Shown piece after piece: positions 10,207 through 18,948 of a DNA stretch of 64,000 nt. Position numbers and translations under genes: made by a program. The DNA comes from an uncultured Gemmatimonadales bacterium (GTDB taxonomy: Bacteria > Gemmatimonadota > Gemmatimonadetes > Longimicrobiales > RSA9), in contig CAWCUS010000003.1 in the NCBI GenBank assembly GCA_963798845.1, positions 96,001 through 160,000 of the forward strand. Reading direction: 5' to 3'. The number at the start of each line of letters is the position of its first letter. Within the stretch, counting starts at the first letter, position 1. Under the pieces are notes generated by a model. The model saw only the letters and a list, made by a program, of their open reading frames with translations. It had not been told where the DNA came from and searched no databases.

Positions 10207-11742
10207 TTGGAGGCGACGCAGGCGGTTGCGGGGGACGGGAGGGGGAACCCGAGGCCGGCGTCCGAGCGGAAAGCGGACGAAGGGGGTCCCGCGGGCGCGG
10301 AGCGCGCGCTGATGGCGCGTCCGGAGCTGAGCATTCGGACGCGGATCATGGGCGTGTTCGCGCTGCTATTCGTTCTGTGCACCACCATCACGGTGGCGGC
10401 GGTGGTGTTCCTGTCGGCCTTCCAGGCCAAGATCCGGTTCCTGGAGAACGCCGGGAGCTATTCCTTCGAGATCGAGGAAGCGCGGCGCAACGAGAAGAAT
10501 TTCTTCCTGTACGGGACGGGTCTTCCGGAGGCGCTTGCGAGCGCGACGCTGGCGCAGAGCCACCTGGAGCGGAACGTGGACCAGATCCGCTCGGTGGTGG
10601 GTGGTGCGAAGTACGAGGAGATGGAGCGAAGTCTCGCGCGCTACCGAAGCCTGCTGGAGGAGCTGGTCCGACTGGAGGAAGGCGCGGAGAGGGCGACGGC
10701 GTCGTCGTCCCGGGGGATCGAGGTGAGACTGCGGACCGAAGGCGCGCAGCTGCTGAACGACGCCGAGGAAATGATCGCCGGCGAGCGGTCGGCGGTGTCT
10801 GCGATGCTGCACACCTCCATGCTCGCGGCGTTCGCTTTCCTGGGGTTGATGCTGCTTCTGATGGTGGTGTTCGCGGGGTTCGTGATCCGGACGGTGGTGC
10901 ACCCGCTGGAGCGGTTCATGGATTACATCGAGCGGATCGGCGCCGGGAACTACGAGCCGATCCAGCCGGTGCGGCGGTTCCGGGACGAGTTCTCCTCCCT
11001 GGCGCTGGCGTTCAACCGGATGCTGGGGGAGTTCGTGACGCACCAGGAGCAACTGGTGCAGTCGGCGAAAATGGCTGCGGTGGGGACGCTGACGTCGGGG
11101 ATCGCGCACGAGCTGAACAACCCGCTGAACAACATCGGGCTCACGGTGGAGGCGCTGCTGGACGACCTCGACGCCTACCCGGAGGAGGACAAGCGGCGCA
11201 TGCTGGAGCAGGCGTACACGCAGGTGGAGCGGGCGAGCACCACCGTGCGGAACCTGCTGGACTTCACGCGCAAGGACCGCTCCGCCTTCACCACGGTGTC
11301 GGTGGCGAAGGTGGTGGCTTCGGTGCTGCGACTGGTGCAGAACGAGGCGCTGCTGGGCGGCGTGGAGTTCGAGAGCTCGATCCCCGGTGACCTTCCCCCG
11401 GTGCGGGGCAACCCGCACGACCTCGAGCAGGTGTTCCTGAACCTCTGCCTCAACGCGATCCAGGCGATGCCGGACGGCGGCCGGGCGGAGGTCACGGCCG
11501 TGGCGGAGGGCGAGGAGGTGAGGGTGGATGTCGCCGATACCGGTGCCGGGATCGCGCCGGAGCACCTGGATGAGATCTTCGATCCGTTCTTCACGACGAA
11601 GGAGCCGGGAGAGGGCACGGGCCTGGGACTGTCCGTGAGCCACAGCATCATCGAGCAGCACCGGGGCCGGATCACCGTGGCCAGCGAGGTCGGGAAGGGA
11701 ACGACGTTCTCCGTATACCTGCCGGCGGCGGTCGGGAAGTGA
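10207..11742 (+). CDS. Membrane sensor histidine kinase (2 TM, HAMP, HisKA, HATPase)
   Basis: H-box GIAHELNNPL, N-box QVFLNLCLNA, DTGAGI, FDPFFTTK and GTGLGL. Alternative start ATG 10312. Confidence 0.92.
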   Translation: MEATQAVAGDGRGNPRPASERKADEGGPAGAERALMARPELSIRTRIMGVFALLFVLCTTITVAAVVFLSAFQAKIRFLENAGSYSFEIEEARRNEKNFFLYGTGLPEALASATLAQSHLERNVDQIRSVVGGAKYEEMERSLARYRSLLEELVRLEEGAERATASSSRGIEVRLRTEGAQLLNDAEEMIAGERSAVSAMLHTSMLAAFAFLGLMLLLMVVFAGFVIRTVVHPLERFMDYIERIGAGNYEPIQPVRRFRDEFSSLALAFNRMLGEFVTHQEQLVQSAKMAAVGTLTSGIAHELNNPLNNIGLTVEALLDDLDAYPEEDKRRMLEQAYTQVERASTTVRNLLDFTRKDRSAFTTVSVAKVVASVLRLVQNEALLGGVEFESSIPGDLPPVRGNPHDLEQVFLNLCLNAIQAMPDGGRAEVTAVAEGEEVRVDVADTGAGIAPEHLDEIFDPFFTTKEPGEGTGLGLSVSHSIIEQHRGRITVASEVGKGTTFSVYLPAAVGK

Positions 11743-11765
11743 ATCTGCAGCTTGAGTGAAGCGAT

Positions 11766-12692
11766 ATGAATCATCTGGCGATCTATCTCCCCGTTGCGGG
11801 GAGCGCGGTGAGCATCCCGCTCCTGATCGGTCTCGGGGCCGTGGTGGGGTTCATGTCCGGGCTGTTCGGGGTGGGCGGCGGCTTCCTGATGACGCCGCTG
11901 CTCATCATGATCGGGATCCCACCCACGGTGGCGGCCGCCTCGGACTCGAACCAGATCGTGGCCGCGTCGTCGTCGGGGACGTACGCCCACGCCCGCGCGG
12001 GATCCGTGGACACGCCAATGGGGCTGCTGCTCCTCGTGGGGGGCATCGCGGGTGGCTCGCTGGGCGTCGTGCTGATCAAGTTCCTGCGGGCCATGGGGAA
12101 CGCCGACTTCGTGATCACGGTGACATACGTGGTGATGCTCGGCGGGATCGGCGCCTACATGTTCGTGGAGAGCCTGCGCAGCATGCGGACGGGCCCCGAC
12201 GTACGGGAGGTCGCGGCGAAGCCGTCGATGTACGCTCGGGTGGTCCAGGCGCTGCCGTGGAGGATCCGATTCCGCCGCTCGAACGTGCAGCTGTCGGTGC
12301 TGATGCCTCTGCTGCTCGGCGTTCTGGTGGGCACCCTGGCCGCGATCATGGGTGTGGGAGGCGGCTTCATCATGGTCCCGGTCATGGTATACCTGCTTCG
12401 CATGCCGATGCACGTGGTGGTCGGAACCAGCCTCTTCCAGATCCTCTTCACGTGCATCAACGTCACGGTCCTCCAGGCGACGCTCAACCACACGGTGGAC
12501 TTCATCCTCGCCCTCTTTCTCCTCATTGGCTCCGTGGTGGGCGCGCAGCTCGGAGCGCTGGTGAGCAAGCGGCTGAAGGCGGACCAGCTCAAGATCCTCA
12601 TGGCCATCATCGTCCTGGTCGTCACGGGCAAGATGCTCCTGGGGCTGGTCCTGCCGCCGGAGTTCCTGGTCAGTTACGCGGGAGGCCACTGA
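11766..12692 (+). CDS. TauE/SafE (TSUP) family sulfite/sulfate transporter
   Basis: Repeated GLFGVGGGFLMTP / IMGVGGGFIMVP motifs and VVGTSLFQI. Confidence 0.9.
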   Translation: MNHLAIYLPVAGSAVSIPLLIGLGAVVGFMSGLFGVGGGFLMTPLLIMIGIPPTVAAASDSNQIVAASSSGTYAHARAGSVDTPMGLLLLVGGIAGGSLGVVLIKFLRAMGNADFVITVTYVVMLGGIGAYMFVESLRSMRTGPDVREVAAKPSMYARVVQALPWRIRFRRSNVQLSVLMPLLLGVLVGTLAAIMGVGGGFIMVPVMVYLLRMPMHVVVGTSLFQILFTCINVTVLQATLNHTVDFILALFLLIGSVVGAQLGALVSKRLKADQLKILMAIIVLVVTGKMLLGLVLPPEFLVSYAGGH

Positions 12693-13582
12693 TGCCTGGC
12701 CAACGGATGTCCACGGCCGCGGGCGTGCTCGCCGCCTGCTGCGTGGCCGTCGCGATCGTCGTCCCCGCCCCCTCGCGGGTGTCGGCGCAGGAGCCGGGCG
12801 CGACGGCGGCGCCCGACCAGGACACGACCCGCGGGCCGGTGGTGGAACGGGCGCACGAGCTGCCCGGGGAGACGGCTGCCGCCGCGGTCGGTTCCGGCGC
12901 GGTCGTGGTGGAGCCGGCCGAGATCGTGGCCGGGATGTTCTACGCCGGGGCCACCATCCACGTGAGCGCGGTGGTCCCGCAGGGTGCGGCCGTGACGGTA
13001 CTCTGCCACAGCGAAGGTCACCCGCTGACCCTGAAGCGGAAGGGCAAGGCGCTCGGGCTGCTCTGGTTGAACGTGGGCGACGTGTCCTTCGAGGATGTCC
13101 CGACCGCGTACCTGCTGGCCACGTCGCGGCCCCTGACGTCGCTGGCGCCGGATTCCGTGCTCGAGCAGCTCGACCTCGGGTTCGTGGCGCTCGCCTCGCG
13201 CTGCGACGCGGACGCCTCGGACCCTGTACTTTTCAGCGAGCTGGTACGTCTGAAGCAGAAGGAGCGGTTGTGGACGGTGGCGGAGAACACGGTGGCAGTC
13301 CAGCCGGCAGAAGGCGACGCCGGGCTGGCCACGACCGACATCACCCTGCCCCCCAAGGCGGGCCCAGGCGAGTACGAAGTGCTGGTGTACGCCTTCCAGG
13401 ACGAGCGGCCGGAGCTCATCGGGAGCGCGCGGCTCCGCATCCGGCAGGCGGGCGTGACTGGGTTCATCACCGACCTCGCTACGGACCACGGGCTTCTGTA
13501 CGGAATCCTCGCGGCGACCGTGGCGATCGCCGTGGGCCTGCTCACGGGTCTCGTCTTCGGGATGGGCTCGAAGGGGCACTGA
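12692..13582 (+). CDS. TIGR02186-like periplasmic protein with C-terminal TM anchor (TauE partner)
   Basis: Signal peptide, LKRKGKALGLLWLN, LP.KA.PGEYEV and a C-terminal TM helix. TGATG coupling to the TauE gene. Confidence 0.75.
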   Translation: MPGQRMSTAAGVLAACCVAVAIVVPAPSRVSAQEPGATAAPDQDTTRGPVVERAHELPGETAAAAVGSGAVVVEPAEIVAGMFYAGATIHVSAVVPQGAAVTVLCHSEGHPLTLKRKGKALGLLWLNVGDVSFEDVPTAYLLATSRPLTSLAPDSVLEQLDLGFVALASRCDADASDPVLFSELVRLKQKERLWTVAENTVAVQPAEGDAGLATTDITLPPKAGPGEYEVLVYAFQDERPELIGSARLRIRQAGVTGFITDLATDHGLLYGILAATVAIAVGLLTGLVFGMGSKGH

Positions 13583-13589
13583 GAAGGAG

Positions 13590-16574
13590 ATGATGCTGGG
13601 GAGCGTGCGCGCGCTGTTCGGCCGCCGCGGGGCGGATTCCGCCGAGAGGATCCGGAAGAAGCTGACGACCTTCCGGGACCTGGTGGAGAAGAACGACCGC
13701 GTGCTGGAGCTCATCGCCGACGCAGGCGAGAAGCTGGGCGGCGAGTACGTGTTCGACACGAAGTATCTGGACGACCTCGTCCGGGACCTGAAGAGCGCCG
13801 TCCACGGGGTGGTCGAGGACCTCAACACCCTCACCGGCAACCGCTACCCGGAACTGCTCCAGGTCGTGGCGTCCCTCGACGCACGCGTCCGCGCGGCGCT
13901 GGAATGCCGCACCCGAATTCCCGACGGCCCCTACATCGTCCCGGTGGAGGAAGCCGGCTTCGAGCAGGTGGAGGTCGTGGGGGAGAAGCTCGGCCGACTG
14001 GGCGAGATGCAGACCCGGCTGGACTGCCGGATCCCGGATGGGTTCGTGGTCACGACGCGCGGCTGTCGGGACCTGCTCGAACAGGCGGGGGTCCTCGACG
14101 CCGCGGAGTCGCTCCGCTCGCGCCTGGGCGAAGACGGAGCGGCGCTGGAGTCGGAAGCGCTGGAGCTGCAGGCCCGCGTCCTTTCCGCCTCGGTTCCGCG
14201 TGACGTGGCCCGGAGCATCCGGCGCGAGGTGGACCGGCTCCAGGCTCGCCAGCCCGGAGCGCTCTTCGCCGTGCGCTCCAGCGCGGCGGAGGAGGACGGA
14301 GCGCTCACGTTCGCCGGCCAGTACGAGACGGTGCTCGGCGTCGATGCCGACGACGTGGTCGACGCGTACCAGCAGGTGGTGGCGAGCCTCTTCTCGCCCA
14401 ACGTGATCCGCTATCAGCAGCACCACCGTCTTCCGCCCGGCTGCGGTCTGATGGCGGTCGGCTGCCTTTGCATGGTCCCGGCGCGGGCGAGCGGCGTCGT
14501 CTACACCCTGAACCCTTCGGCCGCGGCCGCCCGGGTCCAACTCGTGACCTCAACCTGGGGCCTCGGCAAGGCCGTCGTCGAGGGCGAGGCGCCCGTGGAC
14601 CGGTTCGAGGTGCTGCGGGAGCCGGGCTACCCGGTGGCCGAGACCCGCCTGGCTTACAAGTCGTGGAAGTACGTGGCCCGTCCGGGCCGTGGGACGGTGC
14701 GGGAGCCGGTGCCGGAAGAGCAGCGCGGAGCGCCGTCGCTCACGCCGGCCCAGGTTTCGGAGCTGGCGGACATCGCCTGCCGGATCGAGCGCTACATGAA
14801 GGCGGCCCAGGACATCGAGTGGGCCATCGACGACGAAGGCCGCCTGTTCATCCTCCAGGCGAGGCCGCTCAGCATCCCGGCCGACCGGGACCACGAGCGT
14901 CAGGACCTGTCCGACGTCGTCGCCCGCTACCCCGTCCTGCTGCGCGGGCGAGGAGACGTGGCCTGCCGCGGGATCGGGATCGGCCGCGTCCACGTGGTCG
15001 AGCACGAGGCGACCCCCGGCGACGTCCCTCCCGGCGCCGTGCTGGTGGCACGGACCGCGACGCCCCGGCTCGGCGGGGCGCTGGCAGGGGTGAGCGCGGT
15101 CGTCACCGACCTCGGCAGCGCCACCGGCCATTTCGCAGCCGTCGCCCGCGATTTCCGCGTCCCCACCATCGTCTCCACCGGGGTCGCGACGCGCACGCTG
15201 CTGGAGGGGATGGAGGTGACGGTCGACGCCGAAGAGAACGTGGTCTACGAGGGCCGAATCGACGAGCTGCTCCGGCACCAGCTGCTCATGCGCTCGTCCT
15301 TCGAGGACACGAACGAGTTCCGTCTCCTGCGCCGCGTGCTGCGGACCATTGCCCCGCTCGGACTTCGCGACCCGCAGAGCTCCGGGTTCTCGACCTCCCA
15401 GTGCCGCACCTACCACGACGTGATCCGCTTCGCCCACGAGAAGGCCATCGCGGAGCTCACGGACATCGGGTGGGTCAAGGCGACCGGCGACCAGTCGCAC
15501 CTCCGCCGACTCGACCTGCCGATCCCGCTCGACCTGATCCTCATCGATCTCGGGGGGGGGTTCCGCGTCCGCGCCGGCCACGATACCGCGAGCCTCGATG
15601 ACCTCACCTCACGCCCGCTGCTGCCGCTCCTCGAAGCCCTCACGGCCGAGGGCATCTGGGAGACCGCCCCCGCCGACATGGACATGGACGGCTTCATGTC
15701 CAGCGCGACCCGCTCCATGGCACTCACCGGGCCGCTGGCGAGCCGGCCGACCCAGAACCTCGCCATCGTGGGCGGACGCTACCTGCACCTCAGCCTCCGC
15801 CTGGGCTACCACTTCAACATCGTCGACGCCCACCTCGGGGACACCCCGGCGGACAACTACATCTATTTCCGCTTCGCCGGCGGCGTGACGGAGCTGACCC
15901 GGCGCTCGCGCCGCGCAACACTGCTCAAACAGATCCTCGAGGACCACGGCTTCGTGACCGAGGGAGGCGAGGATCTGGTCATCGGACGCGTGAAGGGCCT
16001 CGCCCCCGACATCATGGAAGAGCGCATGCGCATGCTGGGGCGGCTCATCGGTTTCACGCGGCAGCTGGACGTGTTCCTCAGAAACGACACGCTCGTGGAC
16101 CGCTACGTGGAGCGGTTCATGGGCCGGGCAACACCCCTGGACGACGGGACTTCCGAAAACGGAATGGAGAACGCCATGAGCAGCACTGCCGACGTGTTGG
16201 TGCTGGACGACGAGCCGATGGTGGCTGAGCGTCTGAAGGACCACCTGGACCGGAAGGGCTATCAGGTCGAGGTGTTCACCGATAGCCAGACCGCCATCGA
16301 TCGCCTCGCCGTGCAGCGCTTCGACGTGGTCATCACGGATCTCAAGATGGCCGGGCCGACCGGGCTGGACGTCCTTCGGTTCGTGCGGGACAACAGCTTC
16401 GGGACACAGGTCATCATCATCACCGGATACGGCTCGATGGACGCGGCGAGGAAGGCGGAATACACCGGCGCCTTCGATTTCGTGAACAAGCCGTTCAGCA
16501 TGAAGACGCTCGAAACCATGACCCGCAAGGCCGCCAGGAAGGCCCGGAAGCTCCACGCCAAGGAGCCTCTGTGA
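13590..16574 (+). CDS. PEP-synthase-like protein (ATP-grasp + phospho-His swivel domain + unknown domain) fused to a C-terminal receiver domain
   Basis: VGEKLGRLGE, FAVRSSA.EED..FAGQYET, QDIEWA and LQARP. Swivel motif GSATGHFAAVARDF. REC motifs LDDE, ITDLKM, IITG and NKP. Confidence 0.88.
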   Translation: MMLGSVRALFGRRGADSAERIRKKLTTFRDLVEKNDRVLELIADAGEKLGGEYVFDTKYLDDLVRDLKSAVHGVVEDLNTLTGNRYPELLQVVASLDARVRAALECRTRIPDGPYIVPVEEAGFEQVEVVGEKLGRLGEMQTRLDCRIPDGFVVTTRGCRDLLEQAGVLDAAESLRSRLGEDGAALESEALELQARVLSASVPRDVARSIRREVDRLQARQPGALFAVRSSAAEEDGALTFAGQYETVLGVDADDVVDAYQQVVASLFSPNVIRYQQHHRLPPGCGLMAVGCLCMVPARASGVVYTLNPSAAAARVQLVTSTWGLGKAVVEGEAPVDRFEVLREPGYPVAETRLAYKSWKYVARPGRGTVREPVPEEQRGAPSLTPAQVSELADIACRIERYMKAAQDIEWAIDDEGRLFILQARPLSIPADRDHERQDLSDVVARYPVLLRGRGDVACRGIGIGRVHVVEHEATPGDVPPGAVLVARTATPRLGGALAGVSAVVTDLGSATGHFAAVARDFRVPTIVSTGVATRTLLEGMEVTVDAEENVVYEGRIDELLRHQLLMRSSFEDTNEFRLLRRVLRTIAPLGLRDPQSSGFSTSQCRTYHDVIRFAHEKAIAELTDIGWVKATGDQSHLRRLDLPIPLDLILIDLGGGFRVRAGHDTASLDDLTSRPLLPLLEALTAEGIWETAPADMDMDGFMSSATRSMALTGPLASRPTQNLAIVGGRYLHLSLRLGYHFNIVDAHLGDTPADNYIYFRFAGGVTELTRRSRRATLLKQILEDHGFVTEGGEDLVIGRVKGLAPDIMEERMRMLGRLIGFTRQLDVFLRNDTLVDRYVERFMGRATPLDDGTSENGMENAMSSTADVLVLDDEPMVAERLKDHLDRKGYQVEVFTDSQTAIDRLAVQRFDVVITDLKMAGPTGLDVLRFVRDNSFGTQVIIITGYGSMDAARKAEYTGAFDFVNKPFSMKTLETMTRKAARKARKLHAKEPL

Positions 16575-16614
16575 TCACTCGAAGTCGCGAAGCGCACGGA
16601 GGGGGAGCAACCCC

Positions 16615-16992
16615 ATGACCAAGACCCCCAAAAAGGTGCTGCTGCTGGACGACGAGCCCGTGGTCTGCGAACGCCTGAAGCCCGCCCTCGAGAAGCTCGG
16701 CTTCTACGTGGAGTCCTACACCGAGAGCCAACCGGTGGTCGACCGCGTCCTCGAGGAGAGGTTCGACGTCCTGGTCACGGACCTGAAGATGCAGAAGCCC
16801 GATGGCCTGGAGATCATGAACTTCGTCCGCGAGCACTCGCCGGCCACCAAGGTGATCATCATCACCGGCTTCGCCACCGTCGAGACGGCGACGGAGACCC
16901 TCAAGGGCGGGGCCGTGGACTTCATCGCCAAGCCGTTCAAGATCCGGACGCTCTGCGACCGGATCGTTCAGCTCACCCGGGAAGAGGCGTGA
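16615..16992 (+). CDS. Stand-alone response regulator receiver protein
   Basis: LLDDE, VTDLKM, IITGF and IAKPF. 125 aa. Confidence 0.92.
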   Translation: MTKTPKKVLLLDDEPVVCERLKPALEKLGFYVESYTESQPVVDRVLEERFDVLVTDLKMQKPDGLEIMNFVREHSPATKVIIITGFATVETATETLKGGAVDFIAKPFKIRTLCDRIVQLTREEA

Positions 16993-17017
16993 ACGGGGGC
17001 CTCAAGGCCACGCGGGC

Positions 17018-17830
17018 TCAGACCGTGTAGTCCGGCGCCGCCAGGTTCTCGCGGTCCACCCGCTCGACGCCGGGCACGCTCCCCGCGACCTCGATCACCG
17101 CGTCCACCAGCGACGGAGGCCGCAGCCGGCCCCGCAGGTACACCGCCCCGTCCTGTGCGCGCAGCCGAACCTCGGCGGAGAACGTCCGCTCGTCCGCCGC
17201 CAGCGCCGCCTGCACGCGGCTCGCCAGACCCAGGTCCGCCATTGCCTTCCGGCTCTCGGACGTCGGCTTGAACCGCGGCGACCGCGACGCCAGTACCACC
17301 AGCGCGACCGCGTCCTCCACCTCCAGCGTACGCAGGTTGATGCACAGGTCGTACAGCCGAGGGTCGAGCCAGTCCACGCCGTACAGGAAGCGCGTCCACT
17401 TCTCCCGCTGCCGGTCCAGCTTCTCGATCCGCTCCTCGGCTTCTTCCTCGCTGAGATCCGAGCGCTCCTGCAGCACTCGGTCCCGGAAGTCCGCCGGCGC
17501 GATCAGCCGCACCCGCACGACGTGCGAAATCCCGGGCAGCAGCAGGTGCCCCGCGTTGCCGTGGTACACCAGACGACCCGCCTGCGCGCGCTCCACCAGC
17601 GCCGCCTGCACGTAGGCGATGTACCGCCGCCGCTCGTGCTGCACCCGGTCCCACAGCCGCGGCGGCTCCAGCAGCGCCTTCCGCAGCGCATCCTCCGAGG
17701 CACCGAAGCGCGTCGCTTCATGCACCACTTCCTCACGGCTCACCACCGTATAGCCGAGCTCGGCAGCCACCGCCTCCGCCAGCTCCTGCCCTCCGCTCCC
17801 AGAGCCCCGGGATATCGTAATGATCGACAT
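17018..17830 (-). CDS. Cytidylate-kinase-like family protein with C-terminal BON-like domain
   Basis: MSIITISRGSGSGG, VYHG, VRLIAP and YDLCIN. C-terminal DGAVYLRG...VPGVERV. Confidence 0.8.
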   Translation of the reverse strand: MSIITISRGSGSGGQELAEAVAAELGYTVVSREEVVHEATRFGASEDALRKALLEPPRLWDRVQHERRRYIAYVQAALVERAQAGRLVYHGNAGHLLLPGISHVVRVRLIAPADFRDRVLQERSDLSEEEAEERIEKLDRQREKWTRFLYGVDWLDPRLYDLCINLRTLEVEDAVALVVLASRSPRFKPTSESRKAMADLGLASRVQAALAADERTFSAEVRLRAQDGAVYLRGRLRPPSLVDAVIEVAGSVPGVERVDRENLAAPDYTV

Positions 17831-17929
17831 AGCGCTTCGTTGCCGCGGCCTCCCTGCCGGCCCCCGATCGGGGCCGGGCCAATTCGTTCCTGCGTTCACG
17901 AATCACTGTGGCCGCTGCCGCGCCCCGCG

Positions 17930-18370
17930 TCAAGACGCGGCAGGCGCGGCGGACAGCAGCTTCTCCACGGCGGCCAGGAGCTGGTCGCGGTCGATGGGCT
18001 TGGGGAAGAAGCCGTCCGGCGGCGGGACGGCGTCGCTCTTCCGGATGAACTTTTCATAGCCGTACGGGTCGCCGCCATAGCCGGTGACGGCGGTGATGAT
18101 GACCACGGGAACTCCGCTGAGGGCGGGGTCGTTCTTCACAGTCCGGTAGAAGCGTGTTCCCGAGGCCCTGGGCATGGAGATGTCCAGGGTGACGAGGTCG
18201 GGCTTGTGGCTGCGCAACATCTCCAGCGCCGCCTCGCCGTCGCCGGCGATGAGCGTCTCGTAGCCGGTGTCGCGGAAAAGCATGTCTAGATAGTCGACGA
18301 CATCCTGCTCGTCATCGACGATGAGGATCTTCCTGGCCGGCCCTTGCGCGGCCTGGTCCGGTGCGGGCAT
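17930..18370 (-). CDS. Stand-alone receiver protein (Rrf1-like position downstream of the hmc-like genes)
   Basis: IVDDE, LDISMP, IITA and PKP. Confidence 0.9.
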   Translation of the reverse strand: MPAPDQAAQGPARKILIVDDEQDVVDYLDMLFRDTGYETLIAGDGEAALEMLRSHKPDLVTLDISMPRASGTRFYRTVKNDPALSGVPVVIITAVTGYGGDPYGYEKFIRKSDAVPPPDGFFPKPIDRDQLLAAVEKLLSAAPAAS

Positions 18371-18413
18371 GGCTCGCCTCCTTGCTGCGGTATCCAAGCG
18401 ACCCGGTCCGCCG

Positions 18414-18944
18414 TCAGGCGCCGGGCGTGGTGCGTTTCAGCGCCTCCAGGGCGCGTCTGAGGGCGTGGGGCTCCGCCTGGGTGAGCTGGCGGCGCACCTC
18501 GTCCTGGAGGGTGATGCGATCCTCGTCGCCGGGGCTCTCTTCGAGGCCGAGGGCGCGCTGGACGCAGCGGACGTAGTCCAGCGGCTTGACGGGCTTCTCG
18601 AGGTAGACGCCGGGCCCCGATATGACGCGGCTCTCGACAATGTCCTCGAGCTCGGCGCGTCCGAGCTCATCGCGGGCGTGGGCGGTGACGATGAGGACGG
18701 GGATGCGGGAGAGCGCGTGGTCCTTTCGGAGCTCGTAGAGGAGCTTGTGGCCGCTCTTCCCGGGCATGACGAGGTCGAGGGAAATGAAGTCGGGTGGCTG
18801 CTGGCGGATGAGGTCGAGGGCCTCGTCGCCGTCCGAGGCGGTTCGGACCTGAAATCCTGCGTCCCTCAGGATCTGAGCGAGGTAATCGCGGACGTCCGGC
18901 TCATCATCCACCACCAGCACGGTCCTGTCCTGTGGCCGCTCCAT
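18414..18944 (-). CDS. Receiver protein with short helical C-terminal extension
   Basis: VVDDE, LDLVMP, IVTA and EKP. Confidence 0.9.
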   Translation of the reverse strand: MERPQDRTVLVVDDEPDVRDYLAQILRDAGFQVRTASDGDEALDLIRQQPPDFISLDLVMPGKSGHKLLYELRKDHALSRIPVLIVTAHARDELGRAELEDIVESRVISGPGVYLEKPVKPLDYVRCVQRALGLEESPGDEDRITLQDEVRRQLTQAEPHALRRALEALKRTTPGA

Positions 18945-18948
18945 GGCG

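Noticed and set aside
11756..13582. 608-aa ORF in the track, and likewise 25716..28274, 27197..29812, 42607..45069 and 18949..20562
   Set aside because: The N-terminal parts are off-frame overlaps of the upstream gene. True starts were reassigned downstream.
15551..15560. G homopolymer within the dikinase gene as a phase-variation tract
   Set aside because: It encodes the in-frame DLGGG motif, and there is no evidence of slippage.
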